From NCBI GenBank assembly GCA_043228905.1, contig JBHGNT010000013.1, positions 8,122,001 to 8,186,000 on the forward strand: 64,000 nt of DNA, written 5' to 3'. Position numbers and translations under genes: made by a program. Origin of the DNA: Azolla caroliniana (lineage: Eukaryota > Plantae > Polypodiophyta). The first letter of the stretch is position 1. Every line of letters starts with the position of its first letter. The notes beneath the pieces are model-generated. The model was not told the origin of the DNA. It was given only the letters and a program-made list of their open reading frames with translations, and ran no database searches. This document shows positions 11,575-23,290 of the stretch, piece after piece.

Positions 11575-13505
11575 ATTTTAAGTACACAGTTATGCCTTTT
11601 GGTCTCACGAATGTGGCCGCGGTTTTTCCACACATGGTGAATGATATTTTTCGTGATTTTTTGGATTCATTCACCATAGTATATCTTGATGACATCTTGA
11701 TCTACTCGAAAACTGAAGAAGAGCATGAAATACATGTCCACCAACTCTTCCAACGCTTACGAGAATATGGGCTCTATGCCAAACTTGAGAAATGTAGCTT
11801 TGATCAAAATCACGTGGATTTTTTGGGGTATGTGGTTTCACAACAACGTATATCTATGGATCCATCTAAGGTTCAAACAATTCTAAACTGGCAACCACCT
11901 CGTTCAGTGCGTGATGTTCAATGTTTCTTAGGATTTGCGAATTTTTACCACAAATTTATCAAGAATTATTCAAACATTGTGATGCCTCTCAAGCATTTGA
12001 AGATTCAAGTCTTCTTTATTCATTCCGAACAGATATCATTTCTGATGAATTTGTGCAAGATATATTGAATCATATAATTTCAGATCGTGCTTCTTCTTCA
12101 AGCTCCAAGAATCCTTGTAAAGATTATAAACAATTTAAATGGGATAATGGTTTACTTTTTCACAATACTCTTTTATATGTCCCAAATGGTTCGTCTCGAC
12201 TTCAAGGAATGCAATATTGTCACGACAATCCAATGGCCGGGCACTTTGGAGCTAGTTTCTCGAAACTATTGGTGGCCTCACCTTCGAGAGTTTTTTGAAG
12301 ATTATGTTCGTAGTTGTGATGTGTGTTGTTGGTCAAAGATTCCACGACATCGACCATATGGGTTATTACAACCATTGCCAGTTCCTACTGGTCTGTGGAA
12401 ATTCATCTCGATGGATTTTATTATAGATCTTCCAATTTCGAAGAGTTTTGATGCTATTCTCACAATAGTAGATCGATTCACAAAGATGGCGCATTTTCTT
12501 CCATGCACGAAAACCATCAACAGTAAAGAAACTGTAGACATTGTTATGAAAGAAGTATTTCGGCTTCATGGTCTTCCAAATGACGTCATTAGTGATCGTG
12601 GCCCACAATTCATCTCAAAATTCTGGAAACACTTGCTTGAGATGCTCAAAATCTCCTGTAAACTTTCGTCAAGCTATCATCCACAACGTGACGGTCAAAC
12701 CGAGCGGATGAATCAAACACTAGAGATTGCAATATCTTTAGTGTTTCATCAATTACCGACAGGATGATTGGGTGAATTTTTTGCACTTTGTAGAGTTTGC
12801 ATACAATAATTCAGTTCATTCCTCAACAGTGTATACTCCATTTTTTGCAAACATAGGATATCATCCTCGTTGGACAATGATGACACATCTAGAAATCACG
12901 AAAAATCCTATTGTTGAAGATCGTCTGCCTCAACTCCGAGACGTGCATGTTGCACTTTCTCAACATTTGCAAACAGCTCAAGCCACACACAAAAAAGCCG
13001 TATATCATCACCGTCTCGACTCTTCACCAAAGGAACCGAAGTTTCAAATTGGGGATCATGTATGGTTACTACGACATAATGTGAAGACTACTAGACCTTG
13101 TGACAAGTTGGATTATCAACAACTTGGTCCATTTATTATCTCTAATCAGATTAATGATGTTGCATTCCGCCTTGATCTACGTCCACAGATACATCTACAT
13201 CCGGTATTTCATGTCTCATTTACATTGGTAGTTCCATTCCAAATCAGGTTGTTCTACCCCCACCTCCAGTTCAACTTGTTGATGGCCCAGAATTTGAAGT
13301 CAAAGCTATTTTGAACTCTAAGATAATATGTAAAAAGCTTTATTATCTCGTGGATTGGTTAGGATATACACCAAATGATCATCAACTGAGAACCTTGATA
13401 ATGCCTCTGACTTGGTGGCTGAATTTCATTGCCAATATCCAGATAAGCCAAGTCCGAATTCATGCATTAGGACTCGTGGAACTCGTCATCGAAGGAGGGG
13501 GATGG

Positions 13506-13978
13506 TGTCATGTGTATATAAACCCAATAAGCTTAATGAGCTTTATGGTGATTCGAACCCATGACCTCCTCAAAGAAAGGATACAACCCCAACCATTAGG
13601 ATACATCATATTATATATATTAATAATAAATTCTATTATATCAATAGGAAATACATATAATAATATTATTGAAATGTTGCCACCTTGCATAGGCTAACAC
13701 ATGATTTCCAAGTGGCATGCTTGCATGAATGCCAAGTGGCGATCATGCGTGCCTATGAGGTGGTGAGCATGCATGTATCCAAACCATGCTATATAAACAT
13801 GTATTTGACTATTGATGAACCATTCTGGTTCAACACTAGTCTTCGGCATATTCTTGTAAACATTGCTCTCGTTGTTAATGCATTATCAAATTCTTCTTAT
13901 CTCTCTCATTTCTCTCATATCTTTCGCTTCTCATTCTCTTCTTCATTTTAAAACTCATTCATAGCTTTGGCCTTGACA
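13506..13978 (+). repeat. 3' LTR of chromovirus D
   Basis: Direct repeat of 3286-3751, following the PPT. Confidence 0.92.
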
Positions 13979-16200
13979 CATCCAAACGTGATGCGAAGAT
14001 TGAAGAAACTACTTCTTGAAGCTCCAGCGCTAAGAAAGCCCGACTATACTAAAGGAAAGCCGATTTATGTGACTATGGATATGAGCCCAACCGGAATCGG
14101 TTGGGTCATCAACCAAGAAGAAGAAGATCGTGCATGGTATGCCATCCGGTTCGGAGCAAATGTCCTCAACAAATGACAGCAAGGATATGCTCAAGTCAAG
14201 TGGGAACTTTGGGGTATTGTGTCTGCGGTGAAGGTAGACAAAGACTACCTGATCGGGTCAGAAGTGATAATTGAGACGGATTGTCTCTCAATCTTCGGGA
14301 TGATCTCAGGGTGTGCGACACCAGATTTGGATATGCTAAGGTGGATAACCTACATCAAGTCTTTGAACCCAGAAATCCACCACATTGCAGGAAAGAACAA
14401 CGCCATGGCTGACATGGTGTCAAGAGCAAGATTCGAGAATGAAAGTGACATGGTTTCAGAAGATGAAGATGTCACCCTCGACTTCTTCAGCCTGACTGTC
14501 GGTGGAAGACAAGGACACGCCAAACCTCCACACCTTCAACGAGAACGAGTACAAAGGAGAATGCTTACTAATCGGTAGATTCTTAAAAACAGTGAAGGTG
14601 GATGCTTCGTGGACGAAGGAGGAGGCTCTACGAATCTGGAAGAAAGGCTACCAGTACTTTCTGAAGGGAGGATTCCTCTAGCGCCACCCAAAGAGAAGGA
14701 TAGGAATGCCACGTCAAGTAGTGGTGAAGAGAGAGGACCAAGCGATGCTAATATCTTAATTCCACGACAGTCCTTGGGCAGGTCATAGAGGAACATGGGG
14801 GACGTTGAAAAAGCTAAAGGAGAAGTAGTGGTGGTCGAGCATGTACAAAGATGTACTTCATTTTAAACATGCGTCACCATGATGAGTTACAACCGACATA
14901 CCCACTCACCATACACTTCAAATGGATGGTGGATCTGGTCTCGATGCCAATGGGAGTGGGACAGATCAGGTAAAAGGACGAGCCTTGGCAAATAAGATGA
15001 CGTCAGCCGTTTACAAATTTCTACTCGAAGAGATCGTCTGCCAATATGGATGTGTAGGAAAGATAGTGGCTGACCAAGTGGAGTTGAACGCACGCGAAGC
15101 AATGGAGCTCTTCGAATGACTAGGCATGAAGCTCTCCCTCACAACTGCCTACAATCCGGAAGCAAATGGGAAGATCGAGTGAGGGCATGGACCAATAGTC
15201 AAAGCCATGGTACGAGCATGCGACGGTCGAGTTGGGAACTGGCCGCAACTATTACCCTATGCCTTGTGGGCCGATAGAACTATGCACAATTCTGTGACAG
15301 GGTATATGCCAACAAAGCTTGTGTATGGGTAGAAACCGGTAATGCCCATCGAAAAGACGATCGCCTCTTAGGTAGCGATACCATGGGAAAGCGAGATGAC
15401 CCGAGTAGAATTACTAGCAGCACGAGTAAGGCTGATCGAAAGAAGACTTGAATATCTAGAAAATGCGCGAAAGATAATGGAGGCAACCCCGAGTGAAGAA
15501 CAAGATTCGGTTCGACAAGACACATCGACTATGTCCAAAGAAAATCAAAGAAGGAGATTGGGTATTGGTCTACGACAGCAACCTTGACAATCAACACAAG
15601 ACAACAACAAAGTTCGCAAGAAGGTGGTTTGGACCGTATGTGGTGACGAGTGCCAACCACAATGCCACCTACCACATTGCGGAGCTAGAAGGATCAAGGT
15701 TGGCCATACCCATTGCGGGGAAAAGAGTAAAAACATTCAAGATGACGGTCCTCACCTCGATGACCTCAACAATAAAGATGGTAGGGCGGAACCCGCAAAC
15801 ATGAGCGAGGTCAACGAGGACTTGGAGGAATTGAATTGATCACCGTAACCGAAATCTCACAATCTCTTCGTGGCACGTACCAGAGGATGTGCAGTTTGGT
15901 GGGGGTGGATGACGTGAAGATTTTCGGCAACGGTGTGAAAATCATGTGGAAAGGAGAAAATTGAGAAGGGTTCACTTTCGTGCTTCTCTCATTGTTTTTC
16001 TCAATGAGTTATCCCACATATATATGCAACAAATACGACTCTCGTTTTGGCTTTTCGGTTTACTTCGGCCAACCGACTTTTGTTTCATCTTTCTAATAGA
16101 TTTCGGCCGGTCGACTCTCATTTCGGCTTTTTGACTGATTTCGGCCATCCAGTTCTTGTTTCGGTTTTTTCGGTTGATTTCAACCAACCGACTCTCGTTT
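13979..16200 (+). mobile_element. Gypsy family C copy 1: RNase H, integrase, PPT and start of 3' LTR (from 15910)
   Basis: Degenerate frames match 27238-28941 (ETDCL, HDSPWAGHRGT, KFARRWFGPY). PPT ggtgggggtgga is followed by TGACGTGAAGA, like the C2 LTR terminus TGTCGTGAAGA. The LTR is cut off near 16200. Confidence 0.85.
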
Positions 16201-16203
16201 CGG

Positions 16204-19200
16204 TAGTACTTCTATTAGTCCTTTTAAGGACTTGTATAAAAATGCTCACAAAGCACATTGTATGTACAGAGAGTTTTTAGTGTTTTGGAATACATACATT
16301 TTCTATGTTCTTCTCTAACTCTGTCTCTCCCTTGTAAGGTTTCAATTAAACCTGTGTCTGTATTCTTTTGCTATCCGGACGAGCCGGTTCTGTCTTAGCT
16401 TCCGCAATCATATTCTTTTACATGGTATTAGAGCGCAATGGTTGAGAACCTCTGCAGCCAATGAGCAATTTCTGAAGACAAATGCCTGGTAAAGAATAGT
16501 AAACAAAGGTTAGAATGGACAGAGGAATGGCTAGCTCACTTCCAATGGAGAAGCTCGACAAATCCAACAACGCATCTTGGTTGTACAAGATGCACCAGTA
16601 CCTATTCAGGCATGAACACTAGAGTTATGTCGACGGAGCAAATGATGTATCACCTAATGCGGCACATAGAGACTTCCCAACTTGGGAAAAAGAGGCAAAT
16701 AGAGTTGTGTACTGCTTTGCGTCTAGTGTCAGCGATCAGTTGTTGAGCCATATCCGGAATTCCAAGACGCCAAAAGAAGCTTGGGAAAACCTGAAGAAGG
16801 TCTTCACCGCAAGCATCACGGACCAGAAGCTACAACTTTGACAAGAGTTGAGCAATGTCCGACAAAAGAACATGTCCGTGGCCAACTATACAGTCCAAAT
16901 CAAAGACATCCAACTGTGGTACACCTTCACTGTGCGCAACAAATACTCATGTATGTCTGCGGCACTAAGGGTAGGGGATTGTTGTATCAGACCGGTACTA
17001 TCGAACAGTTGGTCGGCTACACGGATGCCAATTGGGCCGAAAACGCCGGCGATCACAAGTCTACATCAAGTTTTGCTTTTTCACTTGGAAGCACCCTGAT
17101 CGTCTATAGTAGCAAGAAGCAGCCGATGGTTGCACTGTCGAGCACGGAGGCCGAGTATCGAGGAACGGTTGTCGTGATGTGCGAAGCCATATGACTCAAA
17201 AGGCTATTGAAGGATTTGTAGGTGGAGGAAGATGAGATTGTGTAGGTTTGTCTCGGGGGATTGGCGTCAAAGTTCGAAGCATTTCGGATAGCAGCCTGTA
17301 CAAGGGAGAATATGGCCTCATTTTTCTACTTATAGACAATGCATCTAGTAGAGGAGAACCACCCAAGTGCGTCAACAAGCACGCACACCGACAACAAGAT
17401 GTTGTACACGGAGGCAGATCAGCCCCGTGGTCATGGCGGATGAGGAGGATCGGCACGTGGTGGAAGTAGCCAACAAGAGCAGAGTCAGAGGCACAAAGAT
17501 GGTGTCGACAGCAATTCTGAACCCTCTAGAAACAAGGGGAGTCAAAGCGGTGCCGGAAACCGGCAAGAGAATGTTGGTATTGTGGCCGGAAGGGCCACAC
17601 AGAGAGCAAGTGTTGGAAAAAGCGCGCCGATCTAGACAAGTTCGGATCCACTAAGGCCAGATGGGGAAGCCAGCAAAGCTCGCACTACGCCGAGGAATCA
17701 GAAAAATCCGATTCTAGAAATGGAACAAGCCCAACCTTTGTGATGAAACACAAGGTTGAGTCGATGAAGAAGAGCACTTCCGGTTCGAAGGAAGTGTAGT
17801 ATGTTGATTCTAGAGCGTCGAACCATATGATGACCCACGAAGAATGGTTTTCATTTCTAGAAAAACTGGAGCTACCGGGAGTTGTCGAAACCGAAGACGA
17901 CACTCCTCATACCATCGAGCACATCGGTGAGGTCCCTCTCAGCCATGTCGAGCAAAAGGGAAAGCTGATGAATGTCTTGCATGTCCCGACAATCACAAAG
18001 AATCTTGTGTCAGTCGGATAGATTCTCGATCAAGGGATGCAGGTTCGATTCATGCACCTCAAGTGCTTCATCGAAGAAGAGGGCAAAGTCATCGCGCAAG
18101 GGCGCCGAGACGGGAGGATGTTTATCCTCAAAACGAATGATGTTGACCCTGTTATATTTGCAAAAGGACAGAAAGTTGAGTCGGCCATCGACCTGTGGCA
18201 CAAGCGGATCGGCCACATCACCTTCTGGAAGCTTCACGAGCTGTAGTCGAAACACGTGGTTTCCGGACTACCAATGTTCAGTGGTCGGAAAGGCCAAATA
18301 TGTGAAACTTGCTAGCTCGGGAAGCAGCATAGGCTTCCATTCCCCAATGCGAAGAATCAAAGCCAGAACCGGCTTGATCTCATCCATTCAGATGTGTGGG
18401 GACCGGCACAAAATGTGAGCATCGGCAAGAGTCAGTATTTCGTCTCCTTCATCGATGATTTCATCCGTCACACTTGGATCTATCTAATCGAGAAGAAAAG
18501 CGAAGTCTTCTCGTGTTTCCGAGATATGAAGACCCTTGTGGAACGCGAGACCGAAAGAAAGATCAAGTGTCTAAAATCGGATGGCGGAAAAGAATACTTT
18601 TTCGGCCGTCCACGAGTTATCTGCAAACGAAGGGAATCCGACGGGAGTTCTCCTATTGATACACGTCGGAGCAGAACAGCGTGGCCGAGCGTCGGAACAG
18701 GACATTGGTAGAAGTGGCCAGGGCAATGCTCAAGGAGAAGAATATGCCGAAATTTTATTGGGCTGAAACAATCTGGACGGTTGTCTACATACATAATCGA
18801 ATATCTGCCTCAAGGACAAAGGTGTCGTCGCACGAGCTGTACTTTGAGCGGAAACCGAATTTGGTACCTTCAAGTGTCCAATAGCAATGCATATGTGCAT
18901 ATACCAAAGGAAAAACGGAGGAAGTTAGACACAAAAGACGAAAAGTGCATTCTCGGCGGCTACTCGAATGAACAGAAGGGTTATAAGTGTTATAACCCCC
19001 GTTCAAAAGCGGTCTGATTTAGCCGAGATGTCATTTTTTATGAATCGACATCTTCGTACTTCTCTCCACCCGAGCCCGAGTCAATTTCTATTGATAATCC
19101 CATGGAATTCAAAACTGAGAGAAGCATCACAAATCGAGTTTGGCCCGGCTGAAGAAGTCAGAGTGCACGGGTCAGCCAAAAAAGTCGAGACCAGACATAG

Positions 19201-19962
19201 GGGGAGCCACCGGAACGGAAAGCCCAACCCGGAGCCAACCGAAAAAGGGGGAGGCAAAGCAGAAAAACCGAGACATGGACATGGGCAGGTGTCGTGAAAG
19301 GTTTGGAAATCGAAGAAGAGTTGGAGACAGCCAACTGGGACAAGTGATTCAGTTGAGAGCAGAAGTGAATCAAGGTCACTTGATTCAAGGCGGGAAGCAG
19401 AACCGGCCTGGATGAGGAGCACGAGCCAGGCGGGAGGACGCTGGAGGGAGCCAGAGGAGAGAACCGGCTACCACAAACACTAACACTATGATCCGACCTC
19501 AAGTTGAGCTTGAGGGGGAGTGTTGAGCGGACAAGCTCAACTAGATTCGGATCAGCTGAACAAGCCAGAGCTAGATCGGAGTTCGGAATGAAGAACCGGA
19601 TTGGTGTCCGGATGGTATCCGAAACCAGGAGCTGTATCGGATTGTAACTGGTAGGCAGTTAGAGACCTACAAATCTAGCCTAGTACGTAGGCATATTTTT
19701 AGGAGTCATTATCAGTCGCTCGTATGAGCATTGAAGTACATGTCAGTACTTCTGTCAGTCCTTTTAAGGACTGGTATAAAAGTGCTCACAGAGCACATTG
19801 TATGTACAGAGAGTTTTTAGTGTTTTGGAGTACACACATTTTCTGTGTTCTACTCTAACTCTGTCTCTCCCGTGTAAGGTTTCCATTAAACCTGTGTCTA
19901 TATTCTTTTGCTATATGGACGAGCTAGTTCTATCTTAGCTTCCGCAATCGTATTCTTTTACA
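16204..19962 (+). mobile_element. Rearranged Ale-like copia (family B, copy B1)
   Basis: Partial 5' LTR to 16422, PBS TGGTATTAGAGC 16423-16434, gag/PR/INT pseudo-ORFs, RT largely deleted near 19120, PPT ttgagggggag, 3' LTR 19521-19962. Confidence 0.88.
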
Positions 19963-21119
19963 ACAACTAATCAGTGACCAAGGAGGCCACTTTCTCAACG
20001 TGGTGATTCAGGGGCTCACCCACCATTACACCGTAGTGCACAAGAAGAGCACATCATACTACCCACAGGCGAATGGACTCGCAGAGTCAACAAATAAGAC
20101 CTTGCAGAACATTTTGAAAAAGATCATCAACAAGAACCACACAGACTGGGATATGAAACTACACAACGCCTTATGAGCATATCGAACAAGTTTCAAGACC
20201 AGTATCCAGTCGACTCCATTCTGGCTCATGTTTGGGCTCAAAGCCGTAATGCCTGTAGAATTCCAAGTCCCAAGTTTACAGATACAGATTTGGGAGCGTC
20301 TCCCAAAGAAACAATCTGAATAGTTACGCCTACAGCAACTCCTCGAGCTTTGGGAAGATAGGGTTTGAAGCATGGCAATTCTGGAACAAGAACAACGCCT
20401 TCGAAAGGAGTTTGTAGATCGGGACCGAGGAAGGAACGAAAAAAGTTTCGAGGAGGTAAGGCGCGCTACGAAGAAAACGTGGTCTCCAGCGCAAGCCGAA
20501 TTTCGAACCTCAAAACGGCTCTCGAAGAAATGTGGACGCACACGGAAATGAAGACCAAGCGCATAAAGATCCTCCTAGAAACAAAGCGCGCAAGATTCAC
20601 AGAACAACTTCAAGTGGCGCTGGACAGAGGATGGGCCGAATGGGCAAAGGAGGCCACAGAACTACATACGTATTGGGCCGATCGAGAGAATCGGCAAAAA
20701 GACGATAAGGGCTTCTACAAGTTGAATGAAGAAAGCATTGCCACAATTCGCGAGGACCTTATGCAACATTATCAAACCCTGGCCGACTGACACTCTGAGG
20801 AGATCGTGCAATTACTCGAGGAGTTTGGAGATAGCCAGACTGACACCTCTCTACAACTCCAGTCGATCGACAATGAGCAGAGGAGGGTAGAGGAAGAAAA
20901 ACGGGTGGCGGCCATTGTACTCCCAGACAACAATTTTGGAGAGCACGCAATCGACGGACCTTCGCGGCCAGAAGACACAGTCCCGGAAGTCTCCACGGCA
21001 CCGAAATCACCAATGGCTACACAAATGAATCTCGTCGACATCACGGAAGTTACGGCTGAAGCGACAACTTGAGATGCCTCGCACGAGGAATCGACTCAAG
21101 GCTGAAGTGTGGAAGTTTC

Positions 21120-22000
21120 TGGTGAGGATCGCACATGGTCGCTCACTCCAGCTATTGTTCGTGTTCCAAATCCCGGCGAGTACCGACATGGTCACTCATG
21201 CCCGATGTTGTTCATGTTCCAATTCCTATCGAGGACCACACATGGTCGCTCACACCCATTGGTGTTCGTGTACCAACTCTCGGCGAGGACCAACATGGTC
21301 ACTCACGCCCGTTGGTATTCGGGTTCCAGTCTCCGGTGAGGATCACACATGGTCGCTCACTCTGGCTATTGTTCGTGTTCCAGATCCTGGCGAGGACTGA
21401 CATGGTCGCTCATGCCTGTTGTTGTTCATGTTCCAGGTTCCGATAGGACCACACATGGTTGCTCACGCCCGTTGGTGTTTGTGTTCCAACTCTCGGCGAG
21501 GACCGACATGGTCTCTCATGCCTGTTGGTGTTTGTGTTCCCTGTGAGGACCACACATGGTCACTCATGCCCGTTGGTATTTGTATTCCAGTTCCCGACGA
21601 GGACCAGATGGTCACTCATGCCTGTTCATGTTTCCGATGAGGACCGCACATGGTCAAACACTTTCTGATTCCCGGTGAGGGCCACACATGGTTGCTCATG
21701 TCCGCTCGTGTTCTAGTTCTCAGTGAGACCGCACATGGTCACTCATGTTCCGATTCCCAGTGAGGGACACCCATGGTTGCACACCCCTGCTCGTGTTCAA
21801 GTTCTCGGTCAGGACCGCATGGTCTCTCACTCTTGTTCGTGTTCCAGTTCCCTCACTCTCGTTCATGTTCCACTTCCCCGTGAGGACCACATGGTCACTC
21901 ACGCCCTTCACGTTCCCGATGAGGACCGCACATGGTCGCTCACATCTGTTGATGTTCATGTTTCCAGTGAGGACAACACATGGTTTCTCACTCCCACTAC
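21120..22000 (+). repeat. Tandem minisatellite of about 18 units (53-54 bp, decaying to 38-50 bp)
   Basis: Core GAGGACC(G/A)CACATGGTCRCTCA recurs, with CATGGT near 21134, 21187, 21241, 21294, 21348, 21401, 21454, 21507 and onward. Confidence 0.92.
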
Positions 22001-22190
22001 ATCACGTTCACCCCTACACCATGATTTCGAAAAGGTGTGCCATAAAGAGGAGGATAATGTCACAAACATGACAACAACTATGTCAAGATTTTAACTCTTG
22101 ACCTCTTGTATTATAGTCAAGTGTTATATTGTAACCAACACATCCAAGTACATGGTCGTGTTATGTATATCTTTGTAGATTATCTATCTC

Positions 22191-22280
22191 AAGTTCTAGG
22201 AGTTTTTAGAAAGTTCTAGAACTAGAAGGTTCTAGAGGGTTCTAGAATATTCTCTTGAATATTCTCTAGAATATTCTAAT
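22191..22280 (+). promoter_or_regulatory. Cluster of heat-shock elements (inverted nGAAn) in LTR U3
   Basis: AGAAAGTTCTAGAAC (22208-22222), GTTCTAGAATATTCT (22239-22253) and further GAATATTC units, 20-100 bp upstream of the TATA box. Confidence 0.7.
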
Positions 22281-22466
22281 GCATGTACTTGGACTCACAA
22301 TATAAATACTTGTAACCTCCTTGGTTCCTTTCAAGGGATTCAACACCATTCATTGACACATCAATCTAGTATTCTTGTTTCGCCCCATCTTTGTCTCCTT
22401 GATCTTTATTTTTGTCTTTATGCCCTCATGTCGCTCACAACATCTAGCATTCCTAGCCTTGTCACA

Positions 22467-23290
22467 TCTAGCTCCAAGTTCATCCGTCGCTCATAGCCTC
22501 ATAATCTATGCTCCGTCCTAGTCCGCGCTTGGTGTGTCCATGACATAGATGAAGACTGGCACATAGAACATGTGCCGACCGACGCTTCCATGGATGAAAA
22601 ATTGTAGCAAGCGCAACTACAAGAGGCGGCACCGGAGTCAACAGACCCCACCAGCCTCCCCGATTTAATGCCAACCGAATCGAGCGAACTCCTCGATCCT
22701 GCATCGATAGAAGCGACTGGACCTCTCGACACCGCATCGACGACATAGTCTCCAATGAACCCACCGCAACTAACGAGTCTAACCATCCAGAGCCAAATAT
22801 TCTGAACATTTTTTATGACGAATGAAGGGCTGAGGTGGGTTCGATCATGCCAGCACTGTCCACAGGTGTGCCATGTGTTGGCCGCCTTGGACGGCCAAGT
22901 GGGAAAACCGAGAAAAGAAAAGACCCAAGGACGGTTACGACTTGTGAAATACACGGGTGGGGGTTGTAGCGTAATTATGAAAGAATAGTAGCAATCGTAG
23001 AATAGGGCAAAGCCTAATGAATGCATGTAATGGTTCACATGGCAAGCGTAACTGACCATGACCTTGTATATAAAGGGCATGGAAAACTTGTAATAGGGAG
23101 CTTGGAAATTCATGTATCCAGCTCGGAATATAGTTTCTGTTTTGCCCAACTATATGTGCTCTCTGTGTTTTGTGCTATGCATAAATATCGGTGTTGAGTT
23201 ATTTCTGTGTCGAGTATATGCATCCTATAGAATCGCGTAAGGAATCGGTTGTAGCCGTCTTCCCAACCTTCACAGTCTCCACGCTTACGC
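22467..23290 (+). mobile_element. Fragment of another LTR element: 3' internal region, PPT and LTR from 22965 (resumes 34757-34849)
   Basis: gggtgggggt PPT then TGTAGC at 22965; TATATAAA near 23067. It is interrupted by element E at ACGC, and the putative LTR end ..GTAACA at 34849 abuts copia RT codons. Confidence 0.5.

Larger units (their letters stand above)
3286..13978 (+). mobile_element. Ty3/gypsy chromovirus (Tcn1/Tf1-like, family D), decayed, with nested copia
   Basis: LTRs 3286-3751 and 13506-13978 (TGTCA..TGACA) with a degenerate TSD CATAT/CATCC. Gag with CLYCGGPG knuckle (~4810), protease LLDSGA (~5170), RT MPFGL/YLDD (11592-11700), integrase 12200-13250, chromodomain-like FEVKAILNS..YYLVDWLGY (~13290-13370), PPT gaaggaggggga (13491-13502). 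RNase H appears deleted near 11990. Confidence 0.9.
19963..22466 (+). mobile_element. 3' portion of an Athila/Tat-like gypsy (family F): integrase remnant, extra ORF, tandem array, PPT, 3' LTR 22058-22466
   Basis: ISDQGGHF..YYPQANGLAESTNKTLQNILKK at 19970-20300 is homologous to 63840-64000. Coiled-coil-like frame 20440-21070; PPT aaagaggaggataa; LTR TGTCAC..GTCACA with TATAAATA at 22301. Confidence 0.75.

Noticed and set aside
13544-13610. Functional tRNA genes here, at 42283-42350 and at 48315-48382
   Set aside because: No credible anticodon arm; all are embedded in repeats, so they are reported only as tRNA-like promoter modules.
3286-13978. Recent horizontal transfer from fungi
   Set aside because: Cannot be assessed without a phylogeny; Tcn1-like elements are already known in non-seed plants.
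20365-21072. Envelope gene
   Set aside because: No signal peptide or transmembrane segment is visible.
21120-22000. CRISPR-like array
   Set aside because: The intervening sequences are homologous to each other rather than unique spacers, there are no cas genes, and the context is a eukaryotic TE.
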